Assembly: GCA_032718475.1 (NCBI GenBank)
Contig: JAUCBJ010000530.1
Coordinates: 35,991-99,990 of the forward strand
From: Nemertoderma westbladi
Lineage: Eukaryota > Animalia > Xenacoelomorpha
Direction of reading: 5' to 3'
DNA: 64,000 nt
Part shown: positions 28,901 to 40,900 of the stretch, in pieces
How the letters are laid out: every line of letters begins with the position of its first letter
How positions within the stretch are numbered: position 1 is the first letter of the stretch
The notes under the pieces: generated by a model
Databases searched by the model: none
What the model saw: the letters and a program-made list of their open reading frames with translations, nothing else
What the model was told of the DNA's origin: nothing
Position numbers and translations under genes: made by a program

Positions 28901-31900
28901 CCCTGGAGGATGCCCCATAACACTTCAAATGGTTCTGTGTCACTGTCAACAGTAGATACAAATTTTGTCGAACCATCGTATACTGATCTGATTGCTGCAA
29001 TAATTTTATCAGGAATCCCATATAATGAAAGTATGCTGAACATACGTGAGCAAGAGAATGAATCAAAGGCCTTGAAGAAGTCAACAAAGATAACAGCCAG
29101 ATGCCTGTCTTTCTTTTTTGAGACGGCATGATGCTGCTGCACCCAACGGGTTGGGCACAACTGCAGAAGACGATCACGCTTGTGAGCCTGGTCATCTCCC
29201 TTATAAGCCACCGCTACTTCATCTTCCAATCAACACACACGTTTGCTTGATCCAAGCAGAAATGTCGCAACACTTGATAAAGCCCCGAACATGACCGAAA
29301 ACTCTCGGATTTTACAACTGGCCGACAGTGCGAGGTTGAGCCTGTGGCTGGCGCAGTGTACAAATGTTGTGAGGGGCTGTACATGACAAATGTTTGCCTG
29401 GCAGCCATTATATATTCCCGACATGGCCGCAGCACCATCATAACCCTGCCCATGGCATTGTTTGAGGGAGAAGCCCATGCCTTCAATATGTCGTTGGACC
29501 TGATTGCCAAGCGAGGCACCAGTTAAATTCTCTGCCTCGAAAAATCCCGTGAAGATTTCCTCGATCTCCCTGACTAGACTGACGATCCGGAGGCTAACCG
29601 ACACCTGTGACATCCTCCCTGCATCAGTTGTTTCATCAACAAGAGTCGAGAAGAACCAACCCTGCTTCTTTAATTTGCTGGTACAGCTTCTCTTTAAAGA
29701 CCTTGCCCGAACATTCTATCAGGTCGTTCTGAATCGTATTTGAAATGTACTTTGCATTGCCCGGCGCGTGCTCCAGCATTGAGGCAAGGGTTTTGTCCCC
29801 AGCATCCACTCGGAATCGAAGCAGATTCCTGAATAAACCAAACCCTCTTCCATACCTATGGTCTCTATTTCTTTTCTCTCAGCAATACCAACACGACCAT
29901 AGTCCCGGTGTCCACGGAGAGGAAGATTATTCCACCCACAGAACAGAACAGTCTTTATGATGGGGGACAGCTTTGCGCGGTTCGCAGCAATGACGGCAGC
30001 GTTGGTGCCTTCAATCAATGATTCAACATTCCTCTCAGGATGATGGAATCCCCCCATGAATCCACTAGCCGTGGTCATTGCTGTGATATGGGCGGCAGCG
30101 CGGTCATGCGCTGCGAGCACCTCGTTTGCCTTTTTAAACTTTATGGAACGGCAACGAGTTGGCGTACAGGTTGCATTTGCCATCCCCCCGCCACCCCAAC
30201 TCCTTCGGCGAAGAGCACAGAGGCTGCCTTGCAGGCGACGGCTGTATCCCAGCCAAGGATATAGATCCAACCACCAAGACTGGAAGCGGCAGCCTTCAAG
30301 GATAGGGGAGTTGAAACCAACAGGCGGCCTCCACTTGTTGGTCCAGAGCTGATATTTCTGGCCATCGTTCAACCGACGATGTCCGCCATCCTGACACACC
30401 ACCAAATCGTCAACAAGGTCATCCTGGGGTGCTGGTGCTAGAGGGAGAGCAGCAGTATCTTCATCAACACCAACCGGGACGGGAGGAGGAACTGGTTCTG
30501 ATTCTGATAGGACAGCGGCACTGTCTTCCTCAACACCAGCCAGGACGGGAGGAGGAACTGGTTCTGATAGGACAGTGGCATTGTCTTCCTCTTCCTCAAC
30601 ACCAACCGGGAAGGGAGGAGATCTTTTAGAAGAAGAGCCAAAAAAGTCTGTAATTCTCTTCATTATCGGTTTATGATTATTATACTGACCAAATACAGTG
30701 AATTACCGGTATAATATAATTTCAATACCTATAACTGTATAAGCCTATGCTCATGCTGATAGCCAGATAGCAGGATAGTGATATGCGCATTTTAAAGAAA
30801 CACTAAATTTGAAAAGAATATACCTCTGCTACCGGTACCGTATGAATTAGGCCTACCTCCAGACCTCAGTACTCTGAATTATGAAGAATTATGTATGGAG
30901 TAATATGTAGTATGTATATACTACATATTATGTAATATACAATATAACATATATAACATAATATAACATAACATATATTATGTATGTAATGCAGTAATAA
31001 TGTAGTAATGAGTAGGCCTAATGCAGTAATGTATTAGTTAGGCCTACAATGAAATAATGGCGCAAAAGTAGTAAATTAGACCTATTCCTTTCCTGTATTC
31101 AGTACTGCAGTAATAATTTAATATTCTGAATACGGTTGGCTTTCTCTATTCAACAGCAACACTGCTCCAGGTGCCAGGTATTATTTAGATATTATTAACA
31201 GGGATATTCACTTCCCTCAGTCTGTCTTATTGTACCGTTAAAAACTGTTACACAGTTTTTACTATTCATTTAAGCTTATAAGCTTATGCAAAATAAGAGG
31301 CCCTAATTTCATTGGCCGACAAGCTTGTGTTTGCTAAACAACCAACTCTGAATTATTGAGAGTGAGCTTTAAATTACTTTCCGTCTGTCATATACACCAT
31401 TACAGCATTAGGTAAGTAGGTAGTGTCGCTCTGGCGCCATAAATATTGCTTATCCACCTTTCAAATAATACACTGGAGCTCTGTTTATATGGCACACTAC
31501 TGCTTACCTTATCTCAGCTGTAATGATTAATCACTTCCACAGTCTTTTTGTTAACTTTGAAAGTCCTCAGCAAGTCTCTGATTGGATGAGCATAAGCTCA
31601 AAGGATGATATGCTTGAGCATGTGGATGACTTCTGTTACCTGGGATCATGGATCCGGAAGTCAGGTGAGGACCGTCAAATACGTAAGGGAAAGGCATGGG
31701 CAGCCTTGAATAGGCTTTCCAGGATTTGGAAATCACCGAGAATTAATCGGAAACTTAAGGTCTGATTATTTAGAGCAGCAGTAGTTCCAGTACTCCTCTA
31801 TGGAGTCCATGCTGGGCTCTAACTGCTGAGGACACCAAATCTCTGGATGGCACATTCACAAGAATGCTACGCCGGGTTCATTGTGTCAAGTACAATGACA

Positions 31901-34900
31901 CATCTCCAACCAGACACTTTATAACATTGGAGGTGTCTCATTGGTTCCCCCAAGCTTGACACTAGAACAAAATCGCCTCCGCTTTGCAGGACATTGCTTT
32001 CGCCGTGAGGACCAGAAGGTGCATAATCTTGTACTTTGGCAGCCTCATGTAGTGAATACACATGGTGGACAGCTCATGACTTTCTTGAGACGCATCTTAA
32101 AGGACACTGGCCTTGAAGATGCGGATGATCTAGCAAATGTCATGGGTGATAGGGAGTTGTGGCGGTGCAATTTTGTCGATAAGCCGGCACAGCATTCTTA
32201 AAAATGCAGCTGCAATGTAGCATGCTGATCCTAGTAGTAGTAGTATTGGTTCCCTCATGCTTGACACTTGATTAAAGCCGCCTCTGCTTTGTCTGATTTT
32301 GCTGTGAGGACCAGCCTGTGCACAATCTTGTGCTTTAGCAGCCCCATGGAGAAAATAAGCATGGTGGTCATCCCTTGACTTTCTTGAGACGCCTCTTAAA
32401 GGACACTGGCCTTGAAGATGAGGATAATCTCGCCAAGGTCATGGGGGATAGGGAGTTGTGGCAAGGTAATTTTGTTGATAAGTCAGTATAGTATTCTTAA
32501 TGCACGCTGCATTGGGCTTGCCAATTGTGGATTGCATGGTGGTAGTAATATACTTTTGTTAAGCCAGCATAGCATATCAATGTGCAGTTTCAATGCAGCA
32601 GGCCGATTATGGTACAGTAGTAGTTATGCAAATTTATTACCTAAACATGCAGCGACGCCATCTCCTGTATATCCAGTTTTGCAACTACAACTAAATCCAC
32701 CATCAGTATTGGAACAGTCAGCATTAATGTGGCAGTTGTCTATGTTTAATGTACATTCATCATCATCTATAAAATTATTTTAAATTCATTTTTTAAGTAA
32801 ATATAATTATAGTATAAAAGCAGAAAATGTATCCAGTTATTAACAAATTTTTCTATAATTGTATATAAAATTATTACCTAAACATGTAGTGACACCGTCT
32901 CCTGTATATCCTGATTTGCAACTACAACTAAATCCACCATCAGTATTGGAACAGTCAGCATTAATGTGGCAGTTGTCTGTGTTTAATGTACATTCATCAT
33001 TATCTATAAAATTATTTTAAATTCATTTTTTAAGTAAATATAATTATAGTATAAAAATATAAAATGTTTTTAGCTATCAACAAATTATACCTATAATGTT
33101 GATTAAATGTTTTTTTCGTTAGCATTAATAGAGAATATTGATATTAATCAAAATTAACACAACCAAATTAAATATATATATAAAGAGTTGATCGATAGAG
33201 TATTTCAGTATTATATGTTATACATTTGTTTATGTGGATCTCAACAGCTCGGCCGTGGGCTAGTATTGTGTCGTTATGTCTCGTCCACGAAGACTGGCCC
33301 CATCGCCAAACCCAAGTCCACGCCAAGATCTGCGACCACCACAGAGGCAAAGAGAACTCGATCTCAGCAGTGCAAATTGCAATCTTCGTCGAACGCCTCC
33401 CAACACGCTGGCGAGACCGCGCTCTCGCATTGGTTGGTGCTTCCCCACCAGGACTTCTGCAATGTGATTGATTAGTATCCTGGTTTCTGGACACCACACA
33501 CCGTCTGTGGTACCCACGAGCGGAGTGAACGACATCCGTCGGTCTTCACAGACAGTGCGGTAGTGGCGCCTCTTATAGCTGCAGCGTTCTTCGAGGAGAG
33601 ACTCGGTGGATCGATTGGCCTGGGCGTACGAGGTGGCGTCAGCGTTTATAATCGCAACATCTAACGACGCCACCCGTTGGTTCGCCCAGAGCCCTCGCAC
33701 TACTAAATCGGCTCGTACACCCCCGACCGTTGTACCAGCGTTGTCTAGATGTCCCCGGGACAGGGTTACCTCGCGCTCGACGCTTGTGGCCCTAACCACA
33801 GAAGCAAGCAGGTCGCCAAACACCTCGCAGACCTCGTCGTGGCGCTTCACTATCAAACCCCCCGACTTGCAGCTCAGGGCATGGGAGGTAGAGAACTCGC
33901 CTCCACAACCCTTGCACTTCACTGGCAGGCCGGGAGGGACTAGGCCATACCGGAGGGCCAGGTTATCCCGGAACTCCTCCGCACTTAGGTCCATGTGATC
34001 TAATATCGAGGGCTGTGCATTCAGCCAGCCTCCGGTCCGATGGTTTACCGCACGTTCGACCGTTCTCCGCCGGGCTGCAGGGATGGCTTCCAGTACAGAA
34101 TCCCGTTTCTCTATAAAGGTTACTTCCAGTTCTTCCCTGGATTTCTTGAGTTCCTGTTTTAGTTGCAAGACGTGATCGGTGACTTGTAGTGTTGTGCCGT
34201 TTCGAATCGCCTCCAAAACTAAGACAGTGCCTTTGGTAGATGCTTGATGCGCCGACAACCTTCTGATCAACGGATCCCGAAGTCCAATTCCTCTGTGTCG
34301 TGTTGGTAGTAAAAGCAACTCCTCATCCATATCCCCAAGAACTGGAAACCCGAAAATGGCAGGTATGAAGTCTAGGAGGAGAGCCGTCCGGATTGGGGCA
34401 ATTTGGTCTAAGGTTGTAGGGATCACTCTCAGCAGGTAGTCCCATTCCGCTTGGACGCAGAGTGAGACCGCAGTATGCGCTGATTGGGGGTATTCCTTCG
34501 CTACTGCTGAAAGTTTACGGACACTGTCCTTCCAACCCGCCACCTTCTCACTAATGTAGACGTTCCTTCCCGACTCAGCCCCGATGAAACTGCCCAAGTA
34601 ACGATGTCCGGATACGATCTGTACCCCTGTCTGGGCAAATAATTCCTGGGCCTCAACTTCACAGCCAGGCTTAACAATCAGGAATGTTTTCGAGGGCTCG
34701 GGAAAGTATCCAATCATCGGACCGATCTCCATAAGTACGTCCAACCACTCACGAATACTGGCGAGTTTACCAGCTGATGAGAACGACTGAGATCTAAACT
34801 CACGCAGCTTCCTAACCAATGGTAGGGTTGCGCAGGCGTAGCCAAACATGGCGGCTGGGTCCCCTTGCGTCCAGCCCTCACTGCTCCACAGTGGATCGTT

Positions 34901-37900
34901 GCTGCCGTATAGGTAGAGTGCTGCGTGTCCGTTATACGAGTTATATAAAAACCGAGAAGCGTGTTGCCACAGCACTCTGCAGTTCCAAAGAGAAACTGGC
35001 CGACTCACTGAGTTGTGGAATGCATTTTTCGCGTCAACGAGAAGCATTGCTTGAGTTTCATCGTCCTCGAATACAGCTGTCATTGCGTGGACTGCCGCAT
35101 CGATGCCGGCCTTTATTCCCACACACAACTGGTCGGCGCCGCACTGCTGAATGAGATCGGCCTTGGTTTCATCCATTAGGCAGTTCGCTATGAGGCGGTA
35201 CAGCACTTCAGGGATTCTGATGGGCCGAACTCCTGGTAGTTTGTCGAGTGCTACTAAACGGCAGGCCTGCAATGCCCGAATCTCTCCCATGGTACAACCG
35301 TATTGGCCAGACTACGAGTCAAACCCGCTACAGCTTCCCGGAGCCTGGAGCTGTGACCTTCATACCTCGTTAGGAGTGCGCACCAAAACTCACCGTCACC
35401 TCCAACCGGTCCTGCGCTACCACGCAACGCTCTCGCATTCTTCGAAACACGCTGCCCAGTAATATCGATCCCTTCGAACTGTGGCAGGTCGGGACAGGGG
35501 TCGAGTGATTCCACCGGAACTTCCATCTGAGGTGGGTGTTTCTCCACCAGGACGTCTCTAACCGTGACACCAAGGGGTTTACCCTCTGCCTGCGCATTCG
35601 GGTCCAAAACTCCGCCAGAATCCCGATCGGTCACTAACCTCACTGCGGCCCGGTTCATCCCCGCGAGAATCTTTCGGTTGAATAACTGCGCTGAATTATC
35701 AGCTGTGGAAATGCCTCTACTCGAAGGGAACTTTGCGTTACAGCGCTCCGACTCGGTGAGGAGGGGGTCGAACTCGCCATGCTCCCACATCTCAACACGC
35801 CTCAGTATCATTCTCCTGATATCAGGACTCTTTACTACATCCGGGTCCCTCTGAAACGTTAAGGCGATGAAGCACAGAGGGCGTTCTGAAGGGTGCTGAC
35901 CCTGAGTAAGGCCCTCAATCTCCTGGGTGAGAACATCTACGACCTTACGCCCAGCATTGCCACCCGGAACCACATACCTCCTACTAGGTACCCGAGCCAG
36001 ACGAGCATGTCTAGCTTCTCAAACGGGATCCGTTGAGCTTCCAGGACCGTTAATCCACACGCCACCGAAGGCGGATTCGAGGACCTTGGAAGTTGAGAGA
36101 GGCGTTGAAGGTGACGACTCAGGAGAACCTGCTACCGGAGAAGGGCCCGAGCTAGTGGGAGAAAGTTGGCCTGCGTTGTTTCCAGCTGCCAAGCTTGCGT
36201 TGCTGTTTAGAGCGGCTGTTTGTGGGTTTAAACAGCTTCCTGACGACGACGGCGTGCAATTCGCACAAGGGCGTTGGGCCCTGACACATCCACATCGACT
36301 GCTGGGGCTACATCCACTACTCGTGCAGCCACAGCAGCGTGGTGAACTGAGCGAGATTGGATCCTTGGTGGTACTAGAATCTTCTCCTATTGATATAGTA
36401 TCCCCCACTCTAGATGTAATTACTGGATTTTGAGGTTTAGATATGCAAGGAGTTAAATGGGAAATTATAAAACCAGATCCTATACAGGATGTACCCTTCA
36501 CATTCTTATGCTTCCGCAACTTACCACTTTGATTGGCTGCAATCATTTTTTGGCAGGAAGGGCATAGATTTTTGCCAGTTTGTGCAATAGGAGGCTGGTT
36601 AAGAGAACCTTGCTGAGTTGGGGAGGGTTGATGGGTTGGAGGAGAAACTGATTGGGTGGTAGGTAACTGGGTGTTAGTGGGTTGTGAGGGGACTGAGTCT
36701 GCAGCTTTCACTAGAACTGATTTTGATGACACCAAGGAATGAAGATATACACAAAAGGACTGGATAGAGGTATCGTTAACTGTTTCAATCGACTCCTTAT
36801 TTAGGATGAGTTGTGCAAACTTACAGACGTAGATTTATTATACCTATAATTGTATATAAATTTATTACCTGAACATGTAGTGACACCATCTCCTGTATAT
36901 CCAGTTTTGCAACTACAACTAAATCCACCATCAGTATTGGAACAGTCAGCATTAATGTGGCAGTTGTCTGTGTTTAATGTACATTCATCATCATCTATAA
37001 AATTATATTAAATTCATTTTGTAGGTAAATATAATTATAGTATAAAAACAGAAAATGTTTTTAGCTATTTGCAAATTCTGTCTAGATAGTTATATATGAA
37101 TTTATTACCTGCACATGTAGTGACACCATCTCCTGTATATCCAGTTTTGCAACTACAACTAAATCCACCATCAGTATTGGAACAGTCAGCATTTATGTGG
37201 CAGTTGTCTGTGTTTAATGTACATTCATCATCATCTATAAAATTATATTAAATTCATTTTGTAGGTAAATATAATTATAGTATAAAAACAGAAAATGTTT
37301 TTAGCTATTTGCAAATTCTGTCTAGATAGTTATATATGAATTTATTACCTGCACATGTAGTGACACCATCTCCTGTATATCCAGTTTTGCAACTACAACT
37401 AAATCCACCATCAGTATTGGAACAGTCAGCATTTATGTGGCAGTTGTCTGTGTTTAATGTACATTCATCAACATCTATAAAATAATGACTTACAGGCACA
37501 CGATGATTAAAAATTGAAGTAGTATGACATCATTAGGCCCTTATTTAAACCTTTTGAACAAGATCTCAACCGGACTTTTCATACCAGAATTTTTTGTCAC
37601 GAACTATTCGCCCCAGTTTATCTCACCTGAACTTCTCCCCCACAATTTCAGTCACAAGAGGAAAATTAATAAATTACTAGCTACCATAACACTGCTTATA
37701 AACAATAATTAGTAACGAAACATGCTTTACAATAATGTTAAAAATACTAGCTAACCTACAAAACTGGTAGGATTAGCTAACCTACAAAACTGGTAGGATT
37801 AGCTAACATTAAAAAAACACCAACTTTTTACAGATATAAGAAATCCAGGAGAACAATTCTGGGACGAAAAGTCCGGGTCGTAGATTATTAACAGTAATTT

Positions 37901-40900
37901 TTTTCGAGATTCAGCATTACTCTAACTGTCATTCCAGTATTATATAATTATATTTTATATGGATATAATTCGCGAAATCACACAATGGTTCACATCTACT
38001 AACGCTTGAACGAATCTCCTTGAATGGCTTACTACCAATATTACTACCAGAAAAAATCAGTCCAAAAAAGTCCAATGCTCTACCAACTTCGCCACTGCAC
38101 CGTATGAATCCTTATAAAACTAAAAGCTAACTAGAATTTAACAATAACAACACCAACAACAACGGAGTGAATACTAGAGGTCTAAAAATATCGGACCTAA
38201 AAATCTAGAACACAATCTGTTATTTATAGAATTTTCAAAATTCTGGTGCCCCTGTGGCAGCACAAAAATATGGGTTAAGGTCATAATGTTTTTGGGAAGT
38301 GTAACGCCTTATGAAGCCTTTGGAACCTCAAGATAAAAAAATATTTACATAATTTACTTTGAAGGAATTTTCAAAATTTCATTATTTATCAAAATTTTGA
38401 AATATTTTTTGGCCTGGTTGCTACACAAAAGATATTTTTTGGTCTAAAATTTTTGCTCAAGTGTTTTTAAAACCCCTCCATAGATTCCAACCTCAGGCAT
38501 TTCGATTTTCAAAAAAATGTATTTTTCACTCCACCCTATTGCATAGTCCGGACATACTGGACCAAATACGAAGTCTTTTGTATTGTTACAATAAAGAGTA
38601 GTAAATGAAAATAGTAAACAGTATTAACTTACCCAAGCCACCACAATGTCCCCATCTATCAGATATATCTCCAGACTCTATAACAACTGCTTGTTTAAAT
38701 GGTTCTATGGTTGTGTATTGGGTTCCTTGTAATACATGAATATAGGTAATCCCTGCGCCCTTGTAGTCTCCAATACCAGCATCCCAGCCTCCTGGTTGGC
38801 TGAGGTATGGGAACACTGCATTAGCTACGGTTGCTTGGAGCCGAATACCAGGTGCACCATCACCCAATCTGTACCAGTACATCATTCCAACTAAAAATGA
38901 GGAATGACAAAGTAGACAAACCTATACTGAAATTGATTAACTAGCTAGCATTTAGCTAGCTTGTAATTAGCTACCAGGAACAGATTCTTTTAATTCATAA
39001 AAAAATCCTGGTAGCATATTAAGATAATGAACTGTACCCTGCCCATGGGAAAGAGTAAAGGGTTATTATTTAGAGCCGCAGCCGATTATTAATGCAGCTG
39101 CAATGCATCATGCCGATCCTAGTAGTACTAGTAAGGGGACTAAGTTAATTTATAGAGTGACTGCTCTATGTTTGTCCAGGTGACCAGTTTATCATCCAAA
39201 CTGTGGGAGGTCTACTTTGGTGTTGTGTATTGGTATAATTTTGCAGTATAGAATCCATATACAATGTATATTTATTATATATGATATAAATATTGTATAA
39301 TATACAATATTGATATTATATATATTAAACCATCGGACGATGGCCGGTGTGGGAACCCCAACAACTTGTCGGTTTCCACCGCGTTAACGAGTGAGGGAGA
39401 AGAATCGGACTCGGATTCATTTGTGAGTGCGGACTCGTACAAGAGGAGTGGCATGGTCACCCAGATCCTGGTACTCTGCGCAGACGAAACCGACAGTGGT
39501 GCTGGAATGATGCCATCGAACTCCTCATCGTTGGCTAACGATCCGGATCCCACAGAAACTCCCTCTCCTCTTCCATCGGGGCCATCGACATCCAACAGAC
39601 TGGAGGCTGCCTTCGATGGGCCGTGGCTTAATGCCCCCGGTTCGTCGACCGATCCGGACTGGGAGGCCCGCCACACCCGCCTCACCCAGGTGGTCTGTCG
39701 CCAGTACACGGTGCCAGGCGGCAACGTTGGGCGCAAAGTGGTGGACGTGCTCGCAAGCGAGGTGGAGAAGTTGACTGAGGGGGTCTACCCCTCGGAGAGA
39801 CCCCTTTGTTTCCTTGCCACGATGTTCCAGCGGGACCCCGATGTGGTGAAGGGGGCGGACATCCGGCGAACCATTCTGCATCGACTCGGGATGTGGGAAC
39901 GGGAGGAGTTCCGTCAGCTCATAGCTGAGGTGGAGCGCTGCAGCGTGAGATTCGCCCGCTCCCTTCGCTCAGCCCCACCTAACATGGCCAGGACCTACAA
40001 CCGGAAGATCCTGGCAGGACAGAACCGGTCCGCGGTCCGCCTCGTAACAGACTGGGACAGCGGCGGAGTGCTGGATCCCGAGTCCCAGGCTGAGGGTCAG
40101 CCAGTCGGCGTAACAGTTCGCGACGTCCTTGCCGCGAAACACCCAGCTCAGTTGGACGTCTCGCCAGACGCGTTCGACCCGTGCGACGAGTTGCCCCCCT
40201 TCGAAGCGGTGGACATTATGGGGCAACTCGTCTTGAAGGTATCGCGGTACCTTAGTGGTAGCCCATTGGTGGTGACGCCGAACTGTGGAGTGCCCTCCTC
40301 ACCCGCTACGAGGCGCACAGCTCCCGCCTCTGCGAGGCAGTCGCCGGGTTGGCTCGATGCCTCGCCAACTCGGTGGTCCCGTGGGGGGAAATCCTGGCGC
40401 TCCGAGCGTGCCGCCTCGTCGCTATCGACAAGGAGCCCTGCATCCGGCCGATCGGGATCTGTGAAGTTCTGTACCGGCTCACCACAAACTGCCTCACCTC
40501 GGCCACTAAAATGGACTTTATAACTGAGTGTGGGGTGGACCAGCTCTGTGCGGGAGTTAAGGCTGGGATTGAAGGCGCGGTCCACGCGATGTCAGCGATG
40601 TTCGAGCAACCCTCCACCGAGTGTATGCTCCTCATTGACGCCGCAAATGCCTTCAACAGCCTGAGTCGCCCTGTGGCCTTGTGGAACGCGCGCGTTTACT
40701 GGCACCGGTGCTCCCGGTACCTGTATAATGCTTATAACGGCCACGCAGCCCTCTACCTACAGGGGTCTAGCAAACCACTGTGGAGTAGGGAGGGCTATAC
40801 GCAGGGCGACCCGGCCGCCATGCTGGGCTACAGCTGTGGGACTCTCCCCATGGTCCGCTCGCTGAGGGAAGTCGGATCGCTAACACCCCCTAGCGATCTG

